Shown here piece after piece: positions 39,491 to 53,504 of a DNA stretch of 64,000 nucleotides (the stretch's first letter is position 1; the number at the start of each line of letters is the position of its first letter). The position numbers and the translations under genes are program-made. Location: positions 6,386,001-6,450,000 of the forward strand of contig JAWMAR010000030.1 of the NCBI GenBank assembly GCA_036785375.1. The letters run 5' to 3'. Source of the stretch: Leucoraja ocellata (taxonomy: Eukaryota). Below the pieces are notes generated by a model. It was not told the origin of the DNA and did not search any database. It saw only the letters and a list, made by a program, of their open reading frames with translations.

Positions 39491-41784
39491 TCATGCACAG
39501 TCACTGAAGGAAACACTCAACGTCCCAGACAATTCATCCATGCACTTGATCATGAATAACATGCCCAATTGTGGGAGGGTCTATGGTTCCCATATCACAC
39601 TCTCCAGCCATCTCAGATCCTACAGAACTTTGGAGCAAATCATCCTCAACCCTGAGAGACTGCTTTAGAAGAAGACATTTAATTTAGAAATATTTCACTG
39701 GTTTAAATTGCAGTCTTTGGAATTAGATACCTTCAAAAACTGTAGACTGAAGGCTATTGTTTGTGAAATTATAAAATGGGGTCTCAGGCAACTGTAATCA
39801 CTTTGGTCCTCCTGGATAATATCCATAGACATGAGCATTAAAGAATGGAGATTGTATCTTTACATTATTTTAATGCATGGAAACTAAGTGTAGCTTTGGG
39901 GTTTGATATCCCAACAAATATATGCTCTGGCATAATTAAAAAAGATTTGTCTTATTCCAGATGGCTACAGTGCCTGGGGATTTTGTTTCACTTTGTGTAA
40001 AGCTACTTTGATAAGAAGCATTTTGTTTGATATACTAGTGAATTCAACATTAAGTACTGAAATTTACCCGGCAGACATTTCACTGGAGCAGGAAAAGGAT
40101 GGAAGGTGATATGAGTGCATCAGTTAGAGATAACATAAATGTTAGAAGAAAAAGAATCGTACAGATATAGTGGATTGCCAATTCTAATGAATTGAGCTAA
40201 AAGGTAAGGGATTTACTATCCTAATAAAGATATTTTCTGCAACATCAAATAGTTGGAGAGGAATTGCAGAAAGAAAATGGAAACAAATCCAGGCACATAT
40301 TAATAACTGTAGCAGCTTTTAAAACTCACTATAAATCAATAAGCAGATAAGAAATAGTTGTGTCAGGAGAAAAGGGAATTGAGTATTTCTGTACTTTCAC
40401 TGAGTATACATCAGATAGAGAAATATCATGACTTGTCTTTATCTAACTGATAATGAACAAGAACAGCCAAAAGAAGTAAGACAGCGAGCATCTGTAATGT
40501 AGTAAGCACAGCTTGGTAATGTTCAACATTAAGTTTTAGAGTGACATGCAAAGGAAAGTGATGAGTTCATTGAAGTTTTCATACTAAGAAGAACTGTTGG
40601 AGAAGAGTGAGAGAAGAAAATGGTCCCAGAGACAGGCATTTTAGGCTTAAAGATAGGAAATACTTTGAGATCTAGTGGTTACAAGAAATTGGGAACTGTA
40701 ATTTTGTGGCATAATAAATAAACTAGTTGCAAAAGTGCAATCCATGTATGATAAATTTTCAATACCAAATGTATTAAGGGCAATGGGCAGGTGTGCAGAC
40801 TTAAATCTCTCCACAGCTATGATTCATTGAGTGGTAGAATAGAATGTAAATGCCTACGTTCTGTGTATTTGACGATTTTATTTCTGATATCCACTCACAC
40901 ATACTCAAGGATGTTAGGCAGGAGAGGGCAGGGCAACAATTTATCTTTCAGAATCTATTTGAAAATAAAACCTAGCGAAAATAGAGATTTAAAAATAATT
41001 TGCACAGATTTTGAAAGGTTAGTCAACTTTCTCATTTTGCACAGATTTCTTATGTAACATCTACAAAGTAGATGGCAAGTATTATCTCAGGAATTAAATC
41101 AAAGAATCAATAAACAAAGTAGTTGTCATATGCTTGGAATGTCTTTTTTTTGAAGTATAACACTGCTCAAGCAAAAATGAGCATTATGGAATCAGGCCAA
41201 ACTGCTAAATGATATGCAAATCTGTTGAAAATAGAAATGGAAGCTAAGGGTAAAGTCTAGATATCGAGATTTAGAAGATCAACTTTTAGACGCAAGAACC
41301 TCGTTTCAAAATTTGTAGCTGACTCCAAATGGGAGTTGAAATTAGTTAACTTGGAAAAAGCAGAATTCTTCAACATATCATTGAACAACTTGCTGACTCA
41401 GTAGTTATGCGTTAAATGAACTCTAAGGGAAATATCTTCTACAGGAGATTTTAAAATGTGAATGAAATTGTGGAGCAAAAGGATTCTTTCATAAAAGTGA
41501 ACAAATTACTTTAAGCAGCATTGTAGGTCAGCAGAGTGATGCAAAATGCAAATTAAACACTGGGATTCAAAAGGACTGAAGTTTTGTTGAATTTGTTTAG
41601 GAAACTGGTCATTTAAATTATTGTGCATAATTTATTTTTATTGTACACCATAAGCATGCTGGAGAAAGGTGACAGTATTGAGTGGGTACAGTTATCAAGT
41701 TCAACGGGGAAGGTTTCTTATCCCTTTAGAAACAGATTTAGAAGGGGTTTAAAGTTATAAATAGTTATGACAAGATAGCTGTAA

Positions 41785-41900
41785 ATGCAAATTGTCCCTA
41801 GTGTGTGTAGGATAGTGTTAATATGCAGGGATTGCTGGTCGACGCGGACTTGGTGGGCCGAAGAGCTTATTTCCACTCTGAACCTTTTAACTAAACTAAA
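41785..41900 (+). mobile_element. V-SINE 3' half; weak ancient CR1 remnants lie upstream at about 40200-41760
   Basis: AAATTGTCCCTAGTGTGTGTAGGATAG...GGTGGGCCGAAG...(CTAAA)n. Confidence 0.65.
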
Positions 41901-42269
41901 ATCATTGCTTCATTTTCCTGCACTACCTCTATACGTTTTCCCTTAAAAATCACTCCATCTGTGTTTGAATAAACATGATGAACGAACCTCCACTTTGGGT
42001 GACCTGCAGGTCGGAGAATTCCAAAGATTCATATTTCCCATGAATGAAAATAAATTGACTTTATCCCAGTCCTAAATAATTAATCCCTTAGTTTATTGTG
42101 ATCTGTGATTTCTACATATTTACAATGAATTGCCTTGGAAGTGAAGCAATTGTTAGAATGGGATGAATTGCAGCAACTAATTTATCCACATCTCAGAAGG
42201 GAAAGACCAATTGATTGATTAACTTTTGGGTTGGTGAATGTGATGAAGTTACTGTTAAAAATTGCTTAC

Positions 42270-42650
42270 TGATCGAGTCAGAGAGCAGTGCAGCATGCAA
42301 ACAGGATCTTCGGCCCAACTCAATCATGCTAACCAAGTTGCCTGACAGAGCTGTTTGCCGTTGCCTGGGCCTGTCCCTGTACCCTCCAAACATTTCCTAT
42401 CCATGCACCTGTCCAAGTGCCTTTTAAATGTCATAATTGTACCCACCTCTGCAGCTTCTTTCATCTAAATACATCTTAAATTTATTGTGAACATCTGCCT
42501 ACATCACTTTCTTAGCCAGTGCAATCACCTGTGGCTGAAAGAATTCTCCCTGAAATTTCCACCAAATTTTCCACCTCTAACCATAAATCTATCCTCTCTA
42601 GTTATAGTTATAGACACCTCTCCTAGAGGGAAAGCTTCTTACTATCTATT
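42270..42650 (-). mobile_element. Decayed CR1 3' end
   Basis: Similar to 28553-28900 (CTTCGGCCCAAC...CCTATCCATGCACCTGTCCAA). Confidence 0.55.
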
Positions 42651-43714
42651 GTATCATCCAGCTGCCACTCAGTGGGACATTCCAGCTTGTAATTAACTGA
42701 CTTATTCCTTCTGCTCATTTTAAATAAAGTTATACATTTGTCGTAGTCCAGTTATTTAGCAGCTTTGCTGCAGCCAAATACACTGAAAAATTCTGTCAAA
42801 TCCCCAGTTCTCCTCCTTTCTTTTTGGTCATAATTTAAGATACATCTCCTCAGGTGGTGGGGAATTATCTACTTTTATGTGCTTTGTTCGCGACTGTCGC
42901 CAAAGTTGAGCAATCTTCAGAGTGCAGGCTTTGTGAATGATGGTATGTCGGGACCGTGAGATCTTCTCAACACTTGTCTTTGTTTCCTGAATCAATTAGA
43001 TATCTGATGGGTCTTTTGACATTTTTATAATTCAATACTGTCAGGGAATAGAGACTGTACAGGCTCAGCATTGGTTTAGAGTATGGTTTGTAATTAGCAT
43101 TGGATGGATATTTCCAGTATTGTAGTTAATTGGATAAATTAAGTTAAAGACTTTACATCGATGTAAGTGGTATTTATAATTTAATAATGTGTATACCATG
43201 ATAATTATTCTTTAATTAAGCGGTGGGGGTAACTAGGAGATTAATATAAGGGTTTTTCTTTCTAGTTGGAATACATTTGAAAAAAGGGGCTCTATATTTA
43301 AAATTAAAGACGTGGCAGGAGAACTCATTCACGTGTTGTTTGAGCTGTTGCATTAGTAAACTCCTGGGTGGTCCATGCAGTTTTTGGGTGAAGACAACTG
43401 CAGGAATTTCCACTGGTTTACCTGCTGGAGCACCAGCTTTGGAGCCTGAGTGATGGCTGGAGTCACAAGAGCGCAGAAAATAGGGTTGGCCCATTTTTGC
43501 AGATGATCACCCCACACTTAAGGAAATGCAATCAGAACGGAATAGATGAACATGAAACAGCAGAAGGGAGGCAGCAGACAGGTAGTCAAGAAAAGCTGAA
43601 AAAGCAACCTTCCAGAAATATTATTTAATGTGGAAAATGGTGGAAGTGAATATTTATCTGGGGAGGGCAGCCCACATCTTCCGCCTAAAGAGAGAGGGGA
43701 GAAGATGGAATAAC

Positions 43715-44100
43715 TGGTGTGTAAATGGTCCTTGATTATGTTGGCTTATTTCCTGAGGCAACGTGGTGTAGATGGATTCAGTGGAGGGAAGACTAGTTGG
43801 TGTGAGGGACTGGCTACATCCACAACTCTCTACAATTTATTGTGGTCTTCTGCAGGGCAGTTGCCAAATGAAACAGTATTGCATCCCGACAGGATGCTCT
43901 CTATGGTGCATCCGTAGAGGTTGGCAAGACTCATTGGAGACCTGTAAAACTCCCTTGGTCTTCTGAGGAAGTAGAGGCATTGGTGTGTTTTCTTGACAGT
44001 AGCATTAATGTGGTTGGACCAGGACAAATTATTGGTGATTTTTACCACCAGGAGCTTGAAGGTCACAACCATCTCCAGTTCAGCACCATTAATGCTGACT
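43715..44100 (-). mobile_element. Rex1/Babar-clade LINE RT C-terminal fragment
   Basis: ORF 43830-44198 INGAELEMVVTFKLL.V.ITNNLSWSNHI...KK.HQ.LYFLR...IESILSGC.T..FGNC. Confidence 0.8.
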
Positions 44101-44109
44101 GAGCTGTTT

Positions 44110-44225
44110 ACAGAAGGAACTGAAGATGCAGATTTACAAGGAAAATAAACAAAGTTCTGGAGTAACTTAGTGGGCCAGGCAACATCTCTGGCGAACATGC
44201 ATAGGTGACATTTGGGGTCGAGACC
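44110..44225 (-). mobile_element. Degenerate pLTR fragment
   Basis: AAGGAACTGAAGATGC...GGAGTAACT...ATAGGTGACATTTGGGGTCGAGACC. Confidence 0.65.
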
Positions 44226-44715
44226 TATTCTGTGGTTGTTGACAAACTGGCACTAACCCAAGTCTATGCCCGCAAGATGCCTGTATATCCTCTCAGGCTA
44301 GAGAATGACTTGAAGAGGAGCAATAAGAAGAATGGCTAAACAACTAATGTCTTTGAGTCTCTAGATCTGTCTGGTCACATCTTATTCATCACCAGGAATA
44401 GAGCAAATCACAATATTGAGAAGAGTTTTTTGGACATGATTATATAATGTAGAAGGTGAAATGAATCCTAGGATTATAAACATGTTGTACAGGGTGGGAA
44501 AAAGTGCAGAAAGACAGCGTCTCATGCAACGATTTATCATGAATTTCTGATTGTGGTTAAATCTCATGCTCTGCGTCTATGGGCAATTCAACATATAAAG
44601 CAGGGAGTATTTCTTAAAGCAAAGGTTGAACTGCAGCTTGGTCATATTGTCAGGAAGCGACTGAGATCAGAACACAGGACCTCAAAGATGCTGAAAGGAT
44701 AAAATAAAGTTCGGT

Positions 44716-44901
44716 GGTACACAAAAAAGCTGGAGAAACTCAGTGGGTGCAGCAGCATCTATGGAGCGAAGGAAATAGGCAACGTTTCGGCCCGAAACGT
44801 TGCCTATTTCCTTCGCTCCATAGATGCTGCTGCACCCGCTGAGTTTCTCCAGCTTTTTTGTGTACCATCGATTTTCCAACATCTGCAGTTCCTTCTTAAA
44901 C
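44716..44901. mobile_element. Near-perfect palindromic pLTR insert
   Basis: Arms symmetric about 44791; TSD AAATAAAGTTCGGT (44702-44715) / AAATAGAGTTTGGT (44902-44915). Confidence 0.9.
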
Positions 44902-46032
44902 AAATAGAGTTTGGTATTTTGTATGTGCTGAAATGGATTGAAGGTCTTCCCTAATAATTGTTGAGAATCAGTAGCTTGATGCTTTTTCAGTTTTTATTGT
45001 TCTAGTTTCTACAGTTGTGTCACAGAATATTTGTTATAATTTGTTGTCCTTGCACTATGGAACATGGCATTTTCAGAAATTCACTCAAGAACCGAATAAT
45101 TTGGAAATCCCCAGTTTGCTGTCATCGGTTCCCCTGTCATCGTATACAACCTTTCATTGTCATCTCCAAAACTCTATGAATTGACAATAATGATGCATTT
45201 ATAAACAGATATCACTAAAATATCCTAAAAATGTGGTGATTTTCCTCATAAGGTCTTATAGTATTTTAACAACCTATATCAGCAATATTGTAGAAAATAT
45301 TCGGGACATAAAATAATTAATTCTCTATATACATATTTAAATTTGTTTAATTGTATATTTCAATAGTTCGACCGGTTGTTTAGGTTGTTTCAGCTTCTGA
45401 AAAAATCTATATGTTTGAATATTAACAGCAAACTATTTAAGATACATTAAAAATGGTGCTTTTTATTTTTGTATTACTGTCTGAAAATTCAGTGTGAATG
45501 ATTAGTTAACATGACAACATCACTGTTGTTAGATACCTAGATTCAGATGCCAGTAATTGATTGGACCTGGCATTAGATAAATACAGGCCATTGAGATCAT
45601 CAGATCTTTTCAGGTAGCTATCTTCAAAATCAGTAAAGAGTACCATCACTTCATCCCGATTATTTGCTCATAAAGTGAATTCTAAGGTACAAGTTTTGAC
45701 ATTGCACAATTATGTTGTGGGGAGGGAATATTATTGTTGCTTCTACTTTATATAAAGACTATCCTGATAGAATGACATACAACAACGTTAAAAAATAATG
45801 TGATAACTGATTCCTCCACAGTATGTTTTGATGTAAATGATCAAAGCAGATCTGCTAGAAATTCTAGACGTTTGCAAGCTGTCTGACTAGTTCTTGGGAG
45901 TCCCATTTCTGCTTTCACTTTGTGTCTGATTCTGTCCAATTGATGCAGCTTTTCCTGACATAATGTGTGTTTGTTTCTTTTTTTTTTTTGTTTTCACCTT
46001 CTTCCCTCCCCCACTCCTTTTCTCCTGCACAG

Positions 46033-46117
46033 GCTGGGCCTTCTGCTCCATCCTCCTCTCCCTTGCAGGCCACGTTCCATGGCAACCCAGGTCCTGTCCA
46101 GCAGCATCGCCGACAGA
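46033..46117 (+). CDS. CCSER2: CCSER2 85-nt frame-shifting cassette exon (phase 0-1)
   Basis: Long polypyrimidine tract + CAG, donor GTGAGT; encodes AGPSAPSSSPLQATFHGNPGPVQQHRRQ, similar to recalled human GGYSAPSFSPWQGSFQGIPRTVPPHRRQ. Confidence 0.8.
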
Positions 46118-49100
46118 GTGAGTGTAACACTCTACAGTCAGACTTACACAGCACTGCCAGAGATACAGCATGAAATCTCTCTTACTTTGACATAGTTAAA
46201 GATCTGGCACTCTTATGTAGGTTTCTATATATAAAAAAAAAACAAATCCAACTTTCACATTGTGTTCTTGCTTCTCAAAAATTGATTGATGTTTTGTTAT
46301 TAGTTCTTTCAAAAAAGTCATTTAGTATAAGTCTTTGCTAACAATGTCATCATGCCATATGTTGCAAGTTATTCTATTGAAACCATACAATTCCCTTGAA
46401 ATCGGGAGGAATTATCTCTTCATACAAAAAAAATATTTTCAGCTTTAAGACAAGCAAGCACTTAGCTACTTTTACTCATGCAACTAACTGCATCCAATTC
46501 TTCAATTCTTTTGACTTAAATTGTTTATGAACATTCCTAGGCATGCTTGATATAAGATATGTATATGATGTATGATTCGTTATAGGGTTATACTTATCTG
46601 GGGAGCACTTACAATTTATTTAGTAAAAGTGCATGGTTCACTGGTTGCATTTTAAGCCCTGCAAAAGATATGCAAGGCACTTGCATTGTTAATTATAAAT
46701 GAATTTGAATCTTCTAAGTTGAGAAAAACTTTAATGAATCCTCAATAAGTTCAGTGTTAGTGACAGTTTTAGAACTTGGTAAATACATTGTGCAGTGAGA
46801 TAAGTAGATGGTCATTAACCTGTGTAATAGAGTACTGTCTTTGAGGTTTCCTCCACTGTGATTGAAAAGTTATTGAGCAGTTGAAGAACAGAGCACAGTA
46901 TGAGGCTTTGACATCTTTAGCAACAAAATAACCTAACTGATGAATTGAGAAATGGGCTGTCAGTTTATCTAGTATGTTAAGATGCTCTCTGCAAGGTCTC
47001 AACTCTAATAAATCTCAAGGTTACTGTTCATTGAAGCACTGGCAACAAATGGGTTCAATAGTAAATAGCCATCAAGATTATTGATGTTGTAAAGAATGGG
47101 ACAGTCAGGAATGTATAAAATGTTACCATTACTTTAATGATCCTGCAGTTTACAAAATCTGCACAATCTCAACACATTAATGTACCGCAGTGCATAAAAT
47201 ATACATTAGGCACAGTATGTATATTCTAGTTTTTTCACTCCACTTATGAATCCATGATAAGGACTATTTTTTGCATGAGGGCTTGCAATATTGTTAAATA
47301 TGGATTTTGTATAATCTTCCATGGCACTGATCAGATGAACATGACCTGGACTCCTTGTTAACTTAATTAAAAGGATAACATTGCAAGGTTGGTGCTATAA
47401 TGAGCATTACATGCAATGGGTATGAAGCATGCCACGCGATAATCCATTGACTCCAGGAAAAATTGAGATGGTTATTATTGGTTGTTCCATGTCCTTCCAT
47501 CTTATATTGCAGATATTGTCAAGCTAATAGTTTAAATTGGTTAGCTAAAATAATTTCTGCTCACTCTCATATTTTGTTGATGACTTCTTCAATATTTGTA
47601 ACTAAGGAGATTTTTTTCTGCTTGGTCAGTGCCTTCCCTCGCAGCTGAAATTCATCATTGTTGTGCACACTTTCGACCTAGAAATACATATAATTACTGA
47701 GTTTGTTTGTTTCAAAGAATTTGAAATTTACTGCGATGCACATCTGCCATAACGTAGCATAACCACACTATTAAGTGTTTCTGTCCTTTCTCTAGTTTCT
47801 TAGTTGAGATCATGATTATGTATATTCTGCATTATTCATGTTGCTTCTCTCCTGAGTTAGTCCGACTGGCGTCCATTTGTCTGATATCTCTGGTGCATTT
47901 TCTCCTTCTCTCCTTTTATTTTTTCAGTTACCAGCTGTTAAGCTGCTAGCTATAGAATTTTGTTTCTTTGTCATCCATGGAAGCAAATTATAACAATTGT
48001 CGAGTCCATGCCATTAAATCCTTGAAATGACCACTGACCAGCCAGGTAAATACTCTGGAGATAGAACAGGTCAAAGGCTAGATATCTTGGGGCAGGCGAT
48101 TCACTTCTGATATCATAAAAACGTTCCACCACCTGCAAGGCATATTTCAAGCATATACCAGAGTACTCTGCACTTGCATGAATAAATCAATGGGATTCAA
48201 TATTAAACATCCCACTTGATGGGCATGCTGAGCATTTGTTTCCTGGTCATTTGTTTCATTCACTGAAGCATAATAGCTACATTGTGTACAATCTACAAAA
48301 TGCAGTGCAGGTATTTATCTAGGCTGAGCTAGATAAGCTGAGATAAATATGGTCCCAAACCCAACACTTCCAACATCAAGAAAGATATGGGTGTCAGTGG
48401 CATAAGAATGCCACCACAGGTTCCCCTTCAAGCTGCACATAACTTTCTCTTGGAAATTTATCGCCATTCTTACATTGTTGCTCGGTTTTGGTCCAAAATC
48501 TCCAAACTAACAATTTGTGGTTGGACCTTTTATCAGGATTGTAGCAGTTCAAGGCAGCAGCTCACGATTACACTCTCATGGGAGTTAGAGTAGATACACA
48601 AATGCTGGCCTGATCAGGACCACCCTCATCTGGGGAAATGAACGCATTTTTATTGGGGTAAAAATAAGTATTGGAGTGTAAGTTTCCATCAGCGGTGCTG
48701 GGTTTTTTGTGTGATGGTACGCAATGTACCACAGAACAGCACCTCCAGAAAGTTGAATATTATTATTTTGTTTTCCAGACATGTATGTTTATATGGTACC
48801 TTTTTATCTACAAAAAAAGTATTGGCCTCCAGCAGTTGTGTAAGGTACTATCCTTCAATGATGCGAGCCTACATAACTAACTATAAAAGGGATAAATAGT
48901 AGAATGCTTATTAACACAGATAATTGATGGTGAAGGGAAGGTACATTTAAGGTGGTGGATGACCCAAGCATTCAAATGATGTTGAGATTCACTCAGGAAG
49001 TGCAGAGAATGGCCAGTTATATAAAAACATTCTTTCACAAGCAGATTAATCTGTCTCGATGGGCAAAGCAGATCTGAGGACTAGAGGATACAGCAATCCT

Positions 49101-51935
49101 TGCCTCGCCAATGCATTCACCAACAAGGCCGAATGGCTAAGTGGTGCGTAGCTCCCACATAATTACGATATTATTTATGATGCCACTAATAGAAATCAAA
49201 CTGTTTCAAATACATAATTCTATGAAATCATTTCTTGGATACTTACTGTCCAAGGTAAAAGACCTGGTTTTTATACCAGTTCTTTGTTGTGAAATGTTCT
49301 TCAGGTGTCATAGCTTTTTGTTTGAATCTCCCATCGCACCTTATGAACCAAGGGAATTTGGTTTTAGCATGAATTTCTTTTACATATACTTAAAAAAAAA
49401 AAGTGATTTACTATGTTGAGCGTAAAATCTACTATAAAGTTTGAAAATCTCAGCCCATTTTTTCAGTTATTTTGGCGCAGTTCCTTAAATCACCCATTTT
49501 TGTACATTTGTACTTTAAATTTCAGAATTTTGTCATTCTATAGAAAAGAATAAGTGCAGCCATGGCAGGAAGTAAGTGCTTTAGCACAGAAATGGGAACT
49601 TTTTGACACCTCTCCAACCTGCTTAAATTTGCGGTTGTCCTTTGGGTATGTATCGCTGACACCTGCTACCTGTGTTCAGTATTTAATCCATCAGGGTGGA
49701 ATAAAGCGCCATCAAAACTCATGCGGCAGCACAACTTCTATTGTGTTGAAGCTAATAAAACCACAACTACCATAATGTAAACATTATAAACAACGTAACA
49801 CACTGTAGTTACACAATATAATGTTGCTTGAAAATACTGCACACCATAATAAAGTGCTGTGCGCCGTTACCGCCTTTGTGTTTTGATGATGTTGCACAGC
49901 TCTTAATTCTTAACTGTTACTCCAGCTCCCAATAATTAAGTCCTATTCCGAAAGCAACTCACCCGGGCGATCAAGCAGAGTAATAGGCCGTGTATGTACT
50001 GATTTATCTAATCTCTTATTAGTTTCTCTGCAACCAGTCTAGTTTTGTCCCAGACCATTTCCCCCCCACCCCTCTTCCTTTTTTATAATACAATAAATTG
50101 ACGCTATGGCGATCGATTGTCCCTTCCAAATCAAGTTTCTTTCTAATAAAGCTGTGCACTCTAATTCAATTAATCCCATGACATTGATTATCATGGAGAA
50201 GTTGTGATGAGGAAGACTTTGGCCCTATCAAAACCTGGATAAATTGTTTACAGCCTCTAGAAAGACCAGAGGCAGTCAGACTGCAGAGTCTTTGTGGAGA
50301 GAACGCATGATGGTCATTACATCCTTGGGTTAACCTTGTCTGTGAAATACAGACAATTCTTCCAGTCAGATTTATTTTATTATCCAATTACATGCTGGAT
50401 GGAACTTCTGATCATTGTTGGTCAATTTGGAGGTCAATACATGTCTTGCTGAAGTTGTCTGCCTATAGTTCTGAGTGTGTGACTGTTGAATAAGCTCTGC
50501 ATTATGATTTAATTTTGAAAATTGTGCCTACAATTTCAGTTGGGTATAACATTTGGAATGTGGTATAAAAAAAGTCCAAACCTACTAGGAGACCCATCAT
50601 CTCATTGTCATATCTTTTGCAAAATGGCTTCTCTACTTTCTTTCATAAAATAGGCATTCTGACAAGTAATTAAGTGTTATGAAGATAATGATTTCTCAGA
50701 CCATTTTTTTTACATATTAGCATGGTGATAAAATAAACAAAATCAAAAAACTGCAGATGCTGTACTCTGGAATAATACCAGAAAATGATGGAAACATTCC
50801 GCAAAAGAGACATCATCTGTGGAAGGAGAATATTTCAGATTGAAATATCCTTCTTCAAAATATATACTGTAAATGGGCTGGGACAATCAAATGAATAAAT
50901 TGAGTAACCCCTCACTCCTCCTCTAAAGCAATCTCCTTCCTTAAAAAGTAATCACACCAAGGCCTCTGTAATAAAACAAATATTTCCTTTGCCTTAATTG
51001 CTGTTAATGTAATTAATGATTTGTAAAATTCTATTATAGTCTACGTGTTTGTATTTTCGATGTGAGTGTCATGTACGTCTATTTTACTACCTATCATTTT
51101 TAGAGATCCTTAGGCTTAGACTTTACACAAGTCTCTCTGTTCTTCAATATCCCCTAAATCCCAGCCACTCATTGTGTCTGTCCTCCTTTTATTATTTCTC
51201 ACATGCATCATCTTCACACTTGACACAATTAAATTCTATCTGCTGTTGCATTGCCATTTTACCTCCTGATCAATGTCAACCTGTAACCTGCGATTGTCCT
51301 AACATTCAATAACCTTTTTTGTGTCAACTGCAAGTTTACCTATTACATTCAAGTTCATTTGTTAATGTTAAACAGACAGTAAGTGTCCCAGCACTCATTC
51401 ATGTGCTGCACTGTGGGTATCAGGCTTCCAACCACTAAGAGAACTCTTCATAATCACCTCTACCTCCGATTGCCAAACTAATTTTGGATCCTATTTCCTC
51501 TGAATCGCACGGGCACTAACCTCTACTTCAGTGCAAGAGGCATCTATGCTATGGAGACAGCATGATCATTCCACTAGTCTATTAGTTAGGGCCACTACTT
51601 GTAGACTTCCAAACTAAAATGCTCACAGAGCGTGGATATCTAGATTAGTTCTGGGATAAAAGAAGCACTTGAGGAAAGCTATGCATTAAATGAAATCGCA
51701 TGAGAGAGAACAAGAGAGAATGTTAAAAATCGAGAAAGAACACAGTGAAATTATAAGATCATTATGGGAAGACAATTCGGTTTTCTGCAGCTTATAATGT
51801 AATGGAGTGAAATTAATTTTGAAAAATGTAAAACTTGATTCAAATTCTGTTAGGGTCTTAAATATTTTGATGTTTAACATTTTTCTGCAACTGATGAAAC
51901 TTCCAACAACCTGGTCATCATAACTCCATTAAAAT

Positions 51936-52145
51936 AAGTAGGAAAGAACTGCAGATGCTGGTTTACATTGTAGATAGACCCAAAATGCTGGAGTAATTCA
52001 GCGGGACAGGCTGCATCTCTGGATAGAAAGAATGGGTGACGTTTCGGGTCGAGATCAGTCTGAAGAAAGGTCTCGACCTAAAACATCACCCATTCCTTCC
52101 ATCTAGAGCTGCTGCCTGTCCCTCCCGCATTTTGTGTCCATCTAC
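51936..52145. mobile_element. Palindromic pLTR insert with mutated hammerhead
   Basis: CTGAAGAAAGGTCTCGACCTAAAACATC (GAAA changed to AAAA); TSD-like AACTCCATT(A/G)AAA on both sides. Confidence 0.8.
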
Positions 52146-52563
52146 AACTCCATTGAAACCAGAGCAAAGAGGTTACAAACCAAAACAGACAGCCATGGTA
52201 TAAATGTTGTTTTGCAGCTTACAGCCAAACGAAAGCACAGCCATCAGTGCAGCAATATTAAATATCTGAACCTAACTGTTGAGTTTTCAGAAAAATGATT
52301 GGAGAAACAGCGCAGGAGAGAGATTAAAAGAAAAACTACGGGAGAAAAAATCTGCTAGTCTAATAATTACAAACTAATAAGTAACTCTACATGTTCATAA
52401 AGATTTCAACAGAATTAATAATGGAAGAAAGATGATAGTGTTGTTTAAGAGGCTTTTAGATGGGCACATGGATGTGAGAAATGGGATATAGATCACATGC
52501 AGGCAGAAAGGATTTGTTTAGTTTGACATCATGTTCCACACAGACTGAGCAGGTCATGATATA

Positions 52564-53504
52564 CAGTGCCCTCTATAATGTTTGGGACAAAGACCAATCA
52601 TTTATTTATTTGCCCCAGTACTCCACAATTTGAGATTTGTAATAGAAAAATCACATGTGGTTAAAGTACACATTGCCAGATTTTCTTAAAGGGTATTTTT
52701 ATACATTTTGATTTCACCATGTAGAAATTACAGCTGTACCAAAGCATACCACCTCATCTGTGAAACACGGTGACAGGGGTGTTATGATCTGGGTATGTAT
52801 GGCTGCTGAAGGTACTGGCTCACTTATCTTCATTGATGATACAACTGCTGATGGTAGTTGCACAATGAATTCTGAAATGTATAGACATATCCTATATGCT
52901 CAAGTTCAAACAAATGCCTCAAAACTCATTTGGCGACTGCTCATTCTACAGCAAGACAATTATCCCAAACATACTGCTGAAGTAACAAAGGAGTTTTTCA
53001 AAACTAAATAAATGGTCAATTCTTGTGTGACCAAGTCAATCACCTGATCTGAACCCAATTGAGCATGCCTTTTATATGCTGAAAATAGAAAACTGAAGGG
53101 GACTAGCCCCAAAAACAAGCATAAGCTAAAGATGTTTCAATACAGGCCTGGCAGAGCATCACCAGAGAAGACACACAGCAACTGGTGATGTTCATGCTTC
53201 AGGCAGACTTCAAGCAGTCATTTGCATGCAAAGGATACGCAATAAAATACTAAACATGACTACTTTAATGTACATGATATTGCTGTGTCCCAAACACTTT
53301 GGTTCACTGAAATGGGGGGACTATGTATAAACACTGCTGTAATTTCTACATGGTGAAACCGAAATGTGTAAAAATGGCCTTTATTAAAATCTGACAATGT
53401 GCACTTTAACCACATGTGATTTTTTCTTTTATCTCAAATTGTGGAGTACAGAGGCAAATTAAAAGAATTATGGGTCTTTGTCCCAAACATTATGGAGGGC
53501 ACTG
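52564..53504 (+). mobile_element. Internally deleted Tc1 transposon (IR/DR type)
   Basis: TA-flanked long TIRs CAGTGCCCTCTATAATGTTTGGGACAAAGACC; transposase C-terminus VKHG..VMIW...QQDNYPKH...SPDLNPIEH with stops; inner repeat TGTCCCAAACA near 53287. Confidence 0.93.

Noticed and set aside
49544-49571. Possible 28-nt micro-exon (TAG...GTAAGT)
   Set aside because: Weak acceptor, no recognisable homology, and it does not restore the frame.
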